Positions 9,680 to 19,148 are shown, numbered from the stretch's first letter. The stretch: 64,000 bases of DNA from Propionigenium maris DSM 9537 (GCF_027925155.1 NZ_BSDY01000001.1:58822-122821); one strand, 5' to 3'. Translations and numbers: made by a program. Notes: generated from the letters alone by a model not told the origin.

Positions 9680-10083
9680 AATTTTTAGGGAGATTCTGTT
9701 TAGACAGGATCTCTTTTTTATACGAAATTTTCATCAAGGTGAAAGGAAGATGGAAGAGTCTGCTATATCATAGAGAGGCAAATATATCCAGGCACCTATA
9801 AAAAAACAATAAAAAAATTAGAGGGGAGATATCCTTCTTAATCCTTGTAGATAAAGGGATAGAAAGGATATAGCGATTATTTACCCTTGAGGGGTTTAAC
9901 ATATAAAAATTATATCGAGTTAATACATTGTGTTAATGGAAAAAGGAGAAGTAGAGGATGAAGTTACAGGATGCTACCAGGGCCTACTGTAACCTACTGT
10001 GGGTCAAAAATAAACTCCTCTTCAGGGACTATTTTAATATATTTGGTATATTGAATCGATATATATGGTATACTTTTTCAGAT

Positions 10084-10113
10084 TTGACCTATGAAAAGTT
10101 ACTGTACTATAAT
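10084..10113 (+). promoter_or_regulatory. sigma70-like promoter upstream of glsA
   Basis: The -35 TTGACC and -10 TATAAT are separated by an 18-nt spacer. Direct TGGTATA repeats lie just upstream. Confidence 0.45.
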
Positions 10114-10261
10114 TAGTCTCAAAGAGGTTTGGTCGACCAAGATGTTCAAAATAAAGCCTTGAAATTCAAAAAACAATCATCTTATTGGTTTGGACTATCC
10201 CGCTGACAGAATAGTTGGGAGGATAGTAGGTGGAGAATTAACAGAGTTGGAGGAGATTTAT

Positions 10262-11182
10262 ATGATAGATTCAGATATCCTTTGTGATTTGATCTTAGCA
10301 AATAAACATAAGTGCAAGGGGGGAGAGGTAGCCGACTACATTCCAGGGCTGAAAAATGCCAATAGGGAGAGCTTTGGTGTCTGCCTTATCGACAGTAACA
10401 GGGAGGTCCACTGTGCAGGGGATTATGAGGAAAAATTTACCATTCAGAGTATATCCAAGCCCCTGGTTCTAATGCTAGCCATCCTTGACAATGGAGAGGA
10501 TTTTGTCTTCTCGAAGATAGGAATGGAGCCCACAGGAGATGCTTTTAACTCTATACAGAAGCTGGAAACATCTAACCTGCGAAAGCCCTTTAATCCTATG
10601 ATAAATGCAGGAGCCATAGCGGTATCTTCCATGATCAGCGGAGCTTCAGCAGAGGAAAAGTTCAACAGGGTCCTGGATTTCATAAGGAAGATATCGGAAA
10701 ATCCTACACTGGATTATGATGAGGAGATCTATCTTGGGGAGAAGGAAACTGGGAACCGTAATAGGTCCATGGCTTACTTTATGAAAAACGATGGAGTAAT
10801 AGAGGGAGATGTGGAGGAAGCTCTGGATGTCTACTTTAGACAGTGCTCCATAAGGGTATCCGCTCAGGATTTGGCAAGGATAGGGCTCTTTCTTGCAAAT
10901 AACGGAGTTACCAGCTCTGGTGAGAGAGTTGTCTCCGAGCATACAACAAGAATAGTAAAGAGCCTCATGGTTACATGCGGTATGTATGATGGTTCAGGAG
11001 AATTTGCAGTAAGGGTGGGAATTCCTGCCAAGTCTGGAGTCGGAGGAGGAATCCTCTCCCTTGTACCAGGAAGGATGGGTATAGGGGTTTATGGTCCGGC
11101 TCTGGATCCCAAGGGGAACTCCATAGGGGGTTATGCTATCCTGGAGGATCTCTCAAAGATCCTTTCACTGAGTATATTCTAA
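10262..11182 (+). CDS. glsA: glutaminase A
   Basis: Serine-dependent glutaminase-family sequence (IPGLKNANRESFGV...SKP, NPMINAGAI, SGVGGGI). The ORF track starts at 10190, but RBS GGAGGA precedes the ATG at 10262, giving MIDSDIL and a typical ~307-aa length. Confidence 0.85.
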   Translation: MIDSDILCDLILANKHKCKGGEVADYIPGLKNANRESFGVCLIDSNREVHCAGDYEEKFTIQSISKPLVLMLAILDNGEDFVFSKIGMEPTGDAFNSIQKLETSNLRKPFNPMINAGAIAVSSMISGASAEEKFNRVLDFIRKISENPTLDYDEEIYLGEKETGNRNRSMAYFMKNDGVIEGDVEEALDVYFRQCSIRVSAQDLARIGLFLANNGVTSSGERVVSEHTTRIVKSLMVTCGMYDGSGEFAVRVGIPAKSGVGGGILSLVPGRMGIGVYGPALDPKGNSIGGYAILEDLSKILSLSIF

Positions 11183-11230
11183 AGGAAAACAATAGAGGAA
11201 ATAAACAACAGATAATAAGGGGAGGAAAAG

Positions 11231-12673
11231 ATGTTTGAAATAATCAACAGCATAATCAATACTGGAAACACAATATTATGGTCATATGTTCTTATTGCAG
11301 TCTTAATAGGAGTGGGGCTGCTCTTTACCATCAAGACAGACTTTGTTCAGTTTCGTTATATAGGGGAGATGTTTAAGGTCCTGGGTGGCAGCGGAGCCAA
11401 GAAGGGTGAGGGAGTATCTGCATTCCAGGCATTCTGTATCAGTGTAGCTTCCCACGTGGGGACAGGTAACCTGGCAGGAGTTGCCATAGCGGTTTCCGTT
11501 GGAGGACCAGGAGCAGTGTTCTGGATGTGGGTTATCGCCCTCATAGGAGGAGCTTCCAGCTTTGTTGAAAATACCCTTGCTCAGGCATTTAAGGTAAGGG
11601 ATAAAAACGGGTATCGTGGGGGACCAGCTTATTATATGGAAAAAGCCCTCGGTCAGAAGAAGATGGGAATGGTCTTCTCTGTGCTTATAACAATCTCCTT
11701 TGGACTTGTATTTAATTCGGTACAGGCAAATACAGTTTCATTTGCCTTTGAGGAGGCCTTTGGGATAAACAGAGTGGCTGTAGGTTTTGGTCTCAGTGCT
11801 CTTACAGCCATGGTAATATTTGGAGGTATCAAGAGAATAGCTAGGGTTGCAGAGGTTCTTGTGCCTGTAATGGCCAGTGCCTATGTAATGGTTGCTCTCT
11901 TTGTAATCCTTAAGAACTTTACCCTTATTCCGGGGATCTTCCTTATGATCTTCCAGGGTGCCTTTGGACTTAAAGCTGCAGCTGGTGGAGGTATCGGAGC
12001 CGCTATGATGATGGGGATTAAGAGGGGACTCTTCTCCAATGAAGCTGGTATGGGATCAGCTCCCAATGCCGCGGCCACTTCCCAGGTAAGTCATCCGGTA
12101 AAACAGGGACTCCTTCAGACTCTGGGAGTATTTGTTGACACTATATTAATATGCAGCTCCACTGCTCTTGTGGTACTAGTTTCAGGAGCTAATCAGACAG
12201 AGGGTCTTACTGGAATTCAGCTGACCCAGACAGCTTTATCTTCACAAGTGGGATCTTGGGCTAACCTCTTTATAGCAGTATGTATAATGTTATTTGCCTT
12301 CAGCTCAATTATAGGGAACTACTACTATGGAGAATCAAATATAGAATTTCTAGAGGGAAGCCACCACTGGCTGAAGCTATTCAGAGTTGCTGTAATACTT
12401 ATGGTTTTCTGGGGATGCCAGTCAGCTGTATCAGTTGTATGGAATATGGCCGACCTCTTCATGGGACTTATGGTTCTGATGAACCTTATAGCCATAGCTA
12501 AGCTGGGACATATCGTAGTAGATATACTGGCTGATTATAAGAGACAAAAGGCTCAGGGAGTGGATCCTGTATTCGTATCTGCCAATATAGAGGGCTTAGA
12601 AAAGGCCGAGGTATGGACAGAGGAGCACGCAGAGCAGTTTAGAGAAAAGAAGGTTGAAAGTGTTAATATCTAG
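11231..12673 (+). CDS. sodium:alanine (AGCS) family symporter, GlnT-like
   Basis: 480 aa in the AGCS family (GTGNLAGVAIA, GPGAVFWMW). The position directly after glsA mirrors B. subtilis glsA-glnT. Confidence 0.8.
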   Translation: MFEIINSIINTGNTILWSYVLIAVLIGVGLLFTIKTDFVQFRYIGEMFKVLGGSGAKKGEGVSAFQAFCISVASHVGTGNLAGVAIAVSVGGPGAVFWMWVIALIGGASSFVENTLAQAFKVRDKNGYRGGPAYYMEKALGQKKMGMVFSVLITISFGLVFNSVQANTVSFAFEEAFGINRVAVGFGLSALTAMVIFGGIKRIARVAEVLVPVMASAYVMVALFVILKNFTLIPGIFLMIFQGAFGLKAAAGGGIGAAMMMGIKRGLFSNEAGMGSAPNAAATSQVSHPVKQGLLQTLGVFVDTILICSSTALVVLVSGANQTEGLTGIQLTQTALSSQVGSWANLFIAVCIMLFAFSSIIGNYYYGESNIEFLEGSHHWLKLFRVAVILMVFWGCQSAVSVVWNMADLFMGLMVLMNLIAIAKLGHIVVDILADYKRQKAQGVDPVFVSANIEGLEKAEVWTEEHAEQFREKKVESVNI

Positions 12674-12697
12674 TCTATTTTAGACTCCCTCAAAACA

Positions 12698-12727
12698 CCC
12701 CTGTCCCGAAGGACAGGGGTTGTTTAT
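12698..12727 (+). terminator. intrinsic terminator after the glsA-glnT-like operon
   Basis: A CCCCTGTCC-cgaa-GGACAGGGG hairpin is followed by a TTGTTTAT run. Confidence 0.7.
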
Positions 12728-12899
12728 ATGATTTTTACACTTTATACATTCTAAGTGTGTTTTTTTAAAATTCTTTGTATGAAATCTGGTTTTATAGTAT
12801 ACTTTTATTAGTTTTTTGATTGGGTTTAATGAAAAATTAAGGGCGAATCCCTGATTTAGAGAGAGGGCTGCTTAGTTAGAGCTCCCCTTTCTAACTTAA

Positions 12900-14180
12900 G
12901 TGCGAGGTGATATTTTGAACAAATACTTTTCATACTTTATACTTCTCCTTCTCACAAAAAATCTGCGCTATTATTTTTTTGAGAGGGAGCTGGAGTTTTC
13001 AGGAGCTGTATTTACCCTCTTTCTTCTCATCCTTATTGACAGAAGGATAAACTTCTGGAAGATTATGGGTCTCTTTACAGGGATATTTTTCATAGACATC
13101 CTTGGGGTGAACTGTATGATACTGGGTAACTCCATTGCGAAGGCCTTCCAGCTGGCTTTGCCGGCAATCTTTTACTACTTTGCATTTTTATTGAGCTGTA
13201 TACTGATAGATGTAAAGAGGTATGAGCACGGCAAAAGGATGGTCATACTGCTGGTTATGGACTTTATCTGCAACTTCCTGGAGCTCATGGTCAAGGGGAC
13301 CCTTCATCAGCCCCTGGTCAACTATATGATAGTGGCTATAATTATAAGGGGAGTCATAGTATATATGATCTTTCTTGCCTATAAAAAGAAGGAGGTCCTT
13401 ATAGTTCAGGAGGAGCACAATGAGAAGTATATAAAGCTTAACCTTATGGCTTCAGACCTGGAGGCGGAATCTTTCTACCTGAAAAAGATATCTGCAAATG
13501 TTGAGGGACTCATGAAGAAGGCCTATACATCATATAAGACTGTATCTGAAGTAGAGGAAGCTAAAAGGTACTTTCTGGATCTCTCCAGGGAGATACATGA
13601 GCTGAAGAAGGACTATACAAGGGTTGTACTGGGGCTGGATAACCTCTTCAGGAAGTTTGAGCACGATGAGGTCATATCTCTTACCAAGGTAGGAGATATA
13701 ATAAGGAGCAACACCAAGCGCTACCTTCTGGAGACAAATCTGGATATTCACTTCAGGGTAAAGTTTAACGACGACTTCAAGGTGAGATACTACCATAAGA
13801 TATTCATAGTGATAAACAACCTTGTTATAAATGCCATAGAGGCCATAGCTGAGAGCTCTTCTAGGCCTATATCCAAGGTAGAGGTCTGCCAGCACAGCGA
13901 CGAGGAGTATATCTATATCAGTGTGTGGGACAATGGTCCAGGGGTTCCCGAGGATTTTCTGAGCCTCATCTTTATTCCCGGGTTTACAACTAAGTTCAGT
14001 GGAGAAACGGGGAGGTCCTCCACGGGAATGGGCCTCTCCCACGTGAAGAATATTGTAGATGAAGCCGGGGGAGAGTTGGAAATATCCTCTACCGGGGAAG
14101 AGGGAACAAGGTTTGAAGTAAGGCTACCACTTAATAAATTTAGAGGTGATACATGTGAGAAAGAGGATAGTTATAATTGA
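12900..14180 (+). CDS. membrane sensor histidine kinase (LytS/GlnK-like, GHKL ATPase)
   Basis: About 6 N-terminal TM helices precede a GHKL ATPase domain (NAIEAI, DNGPGV, GTGMGLS). The start is ambiguous: GTG at 12900, or TTG at 12915 after GAGGTGA. Confidence 0.7.
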   Translation: MRGDILNKYFSYFILLLLTKNLRYYFFERELEFSGAVFTLFLLILIDRRINFWKIMGLFTGIFFIDILGVNCMILGNSIAKAFQLALPAIFYYFAFLLSCILIDVKRYEHGKRMVILLVMDFICNFLELMVKGTLHQPLVNYMIVAIIIRGVIVYMIFLAYKKKEVLIVQEEHNEKYIKLNLMASDLEAESFYLKKISANVEGLMKKAYTSYKTVSEVEEAKRYFLDLSREIHELKKDYTRVVLGLDNLFRKFEHDEVISLTKVGDIIRSNTKRYLLETNLDIHFRVKFNDDFKVRYYHKIFIVINNLVINAIEAIAESSSRPISKVEVCQHSDEEYIYISVWDNGPGVPEDFLSLIFIPGFTTKFSGETGRSSTGMGLSHVKNIVDEAGGELEISSTGEEGTRFEVRLPLNKFRGDTCEKEDSYN

Positions 14181-15021
14181 TGACGATATATCCATAAGAA
14201 AGATGCTGCGTTTTATTATCGAGAAAAATTCCCTGGGAGATGTAGTTGAGGAGCTGGCCTCGGGAGAGGGGGCAGCAGAGGTAATAAAGCTCTGCAACCC
14301 AGATATAGTCCTGATAGATTTTCTTCTTCCAGAAAAGGATGGGGTGGAGATCATGGAGGAGAGTATAGGAAGGGGCTACAGGGGAAAGTTTGTTATGATA
14401 TCCCAGGTTAAGGATCAGGATATGATAAGCGAAGCCTATAAGCAGGGTGTGCTCTTTTTTATCCACAAGCCGATAAATGAGATAGAGGTTAAAAGCGTCC
14501 TGGAAAACCTCATAAAGAGTATAGAGGTGGACAGGTCCATGGAGATCATAAGAAATACCCTTTTGAATACCTCTGTCCAGCAAAGTGATAAGGATACCAC
14601 CGAGGATGACCTGGTGAAGATATTTTCCGATCTTGGTATAGTCTCTGAGTTTGGGATAGGGGATCTTAAGAGAGTCATTACCTTCATAATATCCCTTAAG
14701 AGGAGAGACTCCTCTGAAACCTATCAGCTTAAGGATATATTCCAGGAGGTCATTAAGAATTATGAGGTCACCGACGGAGTCAGTATAAACTTCAAGAGCT
14801 TTGATCAGAGGATCAGAAGGATAGTGTATAAGGCCTTTGACAATATGTGTCAGAGAGGGGCAGAAAACTTCTATGACCCGGTTTTTTCTAACTACTCAAA
14901 TATCCTCTTTGATATAGGGGAGATAAGAAGAATCATGGGAAATCTCAATGGAGAGGACGCTAAGAAGGGAAGAGTCAATGTGAAGAAGTTTATAGAGGGC
15001 ATCGTTTTAAAGGTTATTTAA
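14155..15021 (+). CDS. response regulator (receiver + YcbB/GlnL-like output domain)
   Basis: A CheY-like receiver (VIIDDDISIRKML...DIVLIDFLLP) is followed by a non-HTH C-terminal domain. The likely start is GTG at 14155 after AGAGGTGA; the ORF track gives 14146. It overlaps the kinase gene. Confidence 0.7.
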   Translation: MRKRIVIIDDDISIRKMLRFIIEKNSLGDVVEELASGEGAAEVIKLCNPDIVLIDFLLPEKDGVEIMEESIGRGYRGKFVMISQVKDQDMISEAYKQGVLFFIHKPINEIEVKSVLENLIKSIEVDRSMEIIRNTLLNTSVQQSDKDTTEDDLVKIFSDLGIVSEFGIGDLKRVITFIISLKRRDSSETYQLKDIFQEVIKNYEVTDGVSINFKSFDQRIRRIVYKAFDNMCQRGAENFYDPVFSNYSNILFDIGEIRRIMGNLNGEDAKKGRVNVKKFIEGIVLKVI

Positions 15022-15140
15022 AGATCTGGGGATGGGCTCTATCTTCAGGAGCCTGTAATTGATGTCCTCTTTCCTCCTCCTGAAACATATGAAAAGAGGG
15101 ATCCTTAAATGGACTCCCTCTTTTTATATGACGATTCGAT

Positions 15141-15698
15141 TTACTTTATTATCTCAAAATAATGACCCTTTCTCTCTATTTTAGAGGTATTCTTGTTTTT
15201 TATATACCCCACAGCTATTGCAAAATATGGAGTATGTCCCTCTGGAATATTGTATTTTTCAGTTAGTTCATCCCTATAGACCTCTCCCAATGCCCTTTTC
15301 ACCAGGCCGTTCCAGCAAGTTCCTATTCCCATGGCCTCTGCCTGAAGGCATATATTCTGTGTCGCTGCTGAAACACCTTCAATCTGGGATACAGCTTCAT
15401 CATTATATGAAACGATAATTACTGTTCTTGCTCCGTAAAATAAGTCGTGGTTGGATCTGGCTAAGAGCTCATTTACAAACTCATCATTTGGATTTAAGGT
15501 TTTCTTGGATTTTTCATTAAGATCCTTTATCATCTCATAGTTTTGAATTACCGTAAAAAACCATGGCTGGTCATTGTGTCCGCTTGGAGCATACCTTCCT
15601 GCCTCCAATAAAGTCATGAGCTCCTCTTCCTTTATAATCTCATCTGTAAATGATCTTGTAGTTCTTCTGTTTCTTATAGTATCTAAGATATTATACAT
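15141..15698 (-). CDS. nitroreductase family protein
   Basis: 185 aa with N-terminal RRTTRSF and a nitroreductase-fold sequence. Confidence 0.8.
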   Translation of the reverse strand: MYNILDTIRNRRTTRSFTDEIIKEEELMTLLEAGRYAPSGHNDQPWFFTVIQNYEMIKDLNEKSKKTLNPNDEFVNELLARSNHDLFYGARTVIIVSYNDEAVSQIEGVSAATQNICLQAEAMGIGTCWNGLVKRALGEVYRDELTEKYNIPEGHTPYFAIAVGYIKNKNTSKIERKGHYFEIIK

Positions 15699-16074
15699 CC
15701 TCTTTCCTCCCTGGGCTGTCCAAATCAGCTGAAAATAATTTTAAGCTGACTTAAACTATTGCATCTAAAATTATAAGTTATTAGTTATATCTCTGTCAAA
15801 TGTAGATATATCAATGCTTTTACAGCAGGTCTATGTTGAAGAGGAGTAGAGGTTTTTTCTACTTTTTTTTTCGGCTGCTAAATTTCAAAGGATTTTGGAA
15901 AAGGTAGGAGGGACATTAAAAAATGACCCATCTTTAGCTTTTAATATTCAAGTTTTAAGAAAACAACCTGATGGAAGGGGTATCTATACTAAAGAAAGTC
16001 ATAAAAATTATTGATGGTTAAAAAATACACTTGACTACTTATAAAAAAAGGTATATTATCAATTAAAAGTAAAA

Positions 16075-16098
16075 AAAGTCATTTTAAATAATGACTTT
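16075..16098. promoter_or_regulatory. operator-like palindrome AAAGTCATT-ttaaat-AATGACTTT
   Basis: A perfect 9-bp inverted repeat lies immediately downstream of a TTGACT-17-TATTAT promoter (16031-16059) and about 50 bp upstream of the small wHTH gene. Confidence 0.45.
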
Positions 16099-16147
16099 AT
16101 AATAAAATGTTGAAAAATAACTCGAAATTAAAAAAAGGGGATGAAGG

Positions 16148-16465
16148 ATGGAAAAGATGATATATATCAGTAAGCTGTTGAGTGAATGTCGCGGCATCTT
16201 CAATGAAGAGGATATTGAGCTGACTCTAAATGAGGCGCTGATTTTGGATATAGTAAAGAATCAAAATGGAAAGGTTGCAAAGATATCGGAGATCTTGGCC
16301 AAGGACAGAGCCTATATATTAAGAACTATGAGGAGTCTGGCTTCCAAGGGGAAGGTCCGAAAGGAGGGAAGTGTTTATGTAATAACTGAAAATGGAAGAA
16401 TAAGTAGTATGAAAGCCTTGGAAATATTAAATGAGGTTGTACCGGTTAATTTAAGTATTGAGTAG
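16148..16465 (+). CDS. small winged-helix (MarR-like) transcriptional regulator
   Basis: 105 aa. The central KVAKISEILAKDRAYILRTMRSLASKGKV resembles a wHTH recognition helix and wing. Confidence 0.4.
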   Translation: MEKMIYISKLLSECRGIFNEEDIELTLNEALILDIVKNQNGKVAKISEILAKDRAYILRTMRSLASKGKVRKEGSVYVITENGRISSMKALEILNEVVPVNLSIE

Positions 16466-16737
16466 AGTTTTAGGGAAACTCTCAGCTTAGGTAAAGGCTA
16501 AGTTTCAATAGGTTTAATTATTTTTTAAGGGGCAATTTTGATAAAGCTATGATATTATAAGGTATAAACACTCGTATATACTTAAGATATGGTTAAGTGT
16601 CTCTACAGGTCGCCGTAAATGACCAACTATGGGTGAAGGTAAAAATAGTTTCGATTTTATTTTTTTTGATTTCGTACATCTGTTTCCTTCACTTGGGAAG
16701 CGGATGTTTTTAATTTTTTGATAGAAGGAGAAGGGAA

Positions 16738-17616
16738 ATGAAAAGAAGTTATTTTTTACTGATACTATTATTTATAGTGGCAGTAAGCAGCAGCGCAGTG
16801 GTAAAGGATGAAGTGGAGATGAAGTGGAGTGCTCAGCCTAAGCTGGGAATAATAAAGGGAGACTACTACAGGGCTGAAAGGTTATTTCGTCAGGGACATA
16901 TGGGATCAATGGAAGTTGTAAAATATGGAGATGAAATTGTATTTGTTGAGTTCAATGAGAGAACCAGGCCTAACTACTACAACAGGTACTATCAGGATGT
17001 TCCAAAGCGTCTTTCAGATTATAACTTTTCCATGGGCAATATAAAGGGAGCAGCATGGATAGAAAGTGTTCTCCTTGTTGAAAAGCAGATGTTGGCGGAG
17101 CAAAGAATAACGGGAGAGTTTGATATGGTAGCGGGAGCCTCAAATAGTATCAAGCAATCGATGATTCCTCTGGCAGAGGAGATAGAGGATCTTTTAAGTG
17201 AGGAGTCTCAGGTAAAATACTACAGTATTGCAGAAAAATTTGAAGGGGGAATAACTGGAAGGCTTCAGATTACCCTGGAGGATGGCAGAATAACATGGTG
17301 TCACTACGACGAGATATTTGCTGATAATCCAGAGGAGATTTCTCCTAGAAAGTTTAGGAAGTATTATGGAGAGTCAAAGTATGCAAGTGTAACCTATGAT
17401 GAGCCTTCTCGTATAGGGTTTAATGTTCAGATAGATGCCTTGAATAATAAGGTTATAGAGACTCAGAACCTTCTTGATATAGAGGGACTGCCAGCTACTG
17501 GGGACTCTGGTGACTATGCAACAACAGGATTCACAATAAGAAATGAAGCCTGGGACAGGTATCTGGGAATGGCTGAGAAGCTAATAGATGAGCTTAAAAG
17601 GGATGGAGCTTTATAG
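16738..17616 (+). CDS. secreted FMN-binding-domain protein (FMN_bind-like)
   Basis: 292 aa with a signal peptide (MKRSYFLLILLFIVAVSSSA). The FDMVAGASNSIKQS motif matches the FMN_bind DxxSGA[ST] flavinylation signature found in NqrC/RnfG/PplA-type proteins. Confidence 0.5.
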   Translation: MKRSYFLLILLFIVAVSSSAVVKDEVEMKWSAQPKLGIIKGDYYRAERLFRQGHMGSMEVVKYGDEIVFVEFNERTRPNYYNRYYQDVPKRLSDYNFSMGNIKGAAWIESVLLVEKQMLAEQRITGEFDMVAGASNSIKQSMIPLAEEIEDLLSEESQVKYYSIAEKFEGGITGRLQITLEDGRITWCHYDEIFADNPEEISPRKFRKYYGESKYASVTYDEPSRIGFNVQIDALNNKVIETQNLLDIEGLPATGDSGDYATTGFTIRNEAWDRYLGMAEKLIDELKRDGAL

Positions 17617-17632
17617 ATAGAAGGAAAAGTTA

Positions 17633-17662
17633 AAAAAGGAGCTTAAATGCTCCTTTTTTTAT
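17633..17662. terminator. intrinsic terminator between the FMN-binding-protein gene and the ferredoxin gene
   Basis: A GGAGC-ttaaat-GCTCC hairpin is flanked by A and T runs. Confidence 0.6.
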
Positions 17663-17733
17663 TTAGAGAGCAGAATGACTCTCTAGATATTTTGTAGTAG
17701 TATATAATGATTCTCAACACAGTAAATCAGCCT

Positions 17734-17913
17734 CTACTCAACAGGAGTGATACACTCCACCGGACATACCGCTGAACAGGCACCGCAGTCGATACAGGCT
17801 CCCTCATCTATTCTTCTCTTTCCGTGTTCAATCTCTGATATACAATCCACCGGACATACTGGCTGACAGGCACCACATGATATACACTCACCCTCGTTTA
17901 TTCTATACGCCAT
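17734..17913 (-). CDS. 2x[4Fe-4S] ferredoxin, 59 aa, absent from the ORF track
   Basis: The reverse strand translates to MAYRINEGECISCGACQPVCPVDCISEIEHGKRRIDEGACIDCGACSAVCPVECITPVE with two CxxCxxCxxxCP motifs. A strong RBS GGAGGAG lies 7 nt upstream. Confidence 0.85.
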   Translation of the reverse strand: MAYRINEGECISCGACQPVCPVDCISEIEHGKRRIDEGACIDCGACSAVCPVECITPVE

Positions 17914-18294
17914 CTCTCTCCTCCTTCAATTAAGATAAAAAGTAATATTAAGATATACATATTAAACACTTCATATCCTTTAAATCAAGGGGAGTTTCTA
18001 TGGGATAGAATAGTTCTAATCCATTGTTAAAATATTCTCTTTTTTGTCATGGATCTTCACACAAAGGAGAAAGTTTTAAGGGGGTAAGAAAGGGATTATT
18101 TCGTAATAAAAATTGTCTTTAAAGTTTGTTTAATCAGAGTTTACAGGGATTTTGGAACCCCTATAAAAGCTGGGAAAGTTACTTGTTTAAAGAAATGAAA
18201 AAAAATTAAAAAATCCTCTTGAATTTTCCTCGACTTTGATATATACTACTGCTCGGGAAACAAGTTTATAACCGCCCTAAAAGAAGGAGGAGGA

Positions 18295-18357
18295 ATGGAA
18301 GTAGTATTAGTAGTTGGGGTGCTGTTGGTAGCATTAACGTTTGAAGGAGACAAATGA
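18295..18357 (+). CDS. 20-aa hydrophobic micro-protein MEVVLVVGVLLVALTFEGDK
   Basis: Strong RBS AAGGAGGAGG 4-6 nt before the ATG, an upstream TTGAAT/TATATACT promoter-like pair, and a hairpin plus T-run about 30 nt after the stop. Confidence 0.35.
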   Translation: MEVVLVVGVLLVALTFEGDK

Positions 18358-18382
18358 AATATTTGTGTAAACCGTTGATAAG

Positions 18383-18420
18383 ATGCTTCTTAGAGAGATC
18401 AGAAGCTCTTTTTTTATTTT
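18383..18420 (+). terminator. intrinsic terminator after the micro-ORF
   Basis: A GCTTCT-tagagagatc-AGAAGC hairpin is followed by CTCTTTTTTTATTTTTT. Confidence 0.5.
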
Positions 18421-18900
18421 TTGAAACCGATTCTATGTCTAGGCGCTTTTTCTCTTCTACTACTTTGAATAAAGAGGAAAAACTACTTCTGGGAATTGTT
18501 TAGCAATCTCTCTTAAGCTGGTGTTAACCCCCCCTTAAACCTTCTTTTAGAGTGACATTTGGCGTTAATTTTTTAGGAAAAAAGGGGTATCATAGTCCCA
18601 TAGAAAAGAGATGAACTTTTCTGTTACAGCTTTGAGGGCACATAATTCTCCCAAAGATCTAAGTGTCCCTTGGAGTATTAACAACTTTTTCATAATTCTC
18701 AGACACCCACTTGTGGGTGTCTCCCCAAAAATTCTGGAACTCCTTGAGAGTTCCATTTTTTAATAATAGATACTTAAGTTTAGAGGAAATAAAAATCAGA
18801 TGAAATTATTTTTATTTAATAACCATTTGAGGGAAAAGGTCGTCATAAGAATATAGTTGTTCTACTTTTGTAGCGATTTATGTCCATAGAGGTGAGTGGT

Positions 18901-19110
18901 ATGGAAAGAAAAAGTTTGATAAAAGAGATTAAGATTTTACACGATGAGATTGATAGGGAGTGTAGCGATAAGCTGGAGGTCCTGAACAGGTGTTTTGAAG
19001 AGGGAAGGGAGTGTGAAGATTGTGCCCTAGAAGGAGAGTGCAGGTTTAATCTTCCAAAGTTATTGGAGATTTCTCGCCTATATGAGGAACTGTACTCAAA
19101 GAGTAGTTAA
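18901..19110 (+). CDS. small Cys-rich hypothetical protein
   Basis: 69 aa from the ATG after RBS GAGGTGAG; the ORF track gives 18880. The Cys pattern C-x10-C-x6-C-x2-C-x5-C could bind metal. No family was recognised. Confidence 0.3.
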   Translation: MERKSLIKEIKILHDEIDRECSDKLEVLNRCFEEGRECEDCALEGECRFNLPKLLEISRLYEELYSKSS

Positions 19111-19148
19111 ATAATAGGAAGTTGAGATACTTAATAGTGGATATTAAA

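Noticed and set aside
10190-10261. A glutaminase N-terminal extension (MDYPADRIVGRIVGGELTELEEIY) appears in the ORF track.
   Set aside because: There is no RBS at 10190. GGAGGA precedes the ATG at 10262, which gives a typical glutaminase length.
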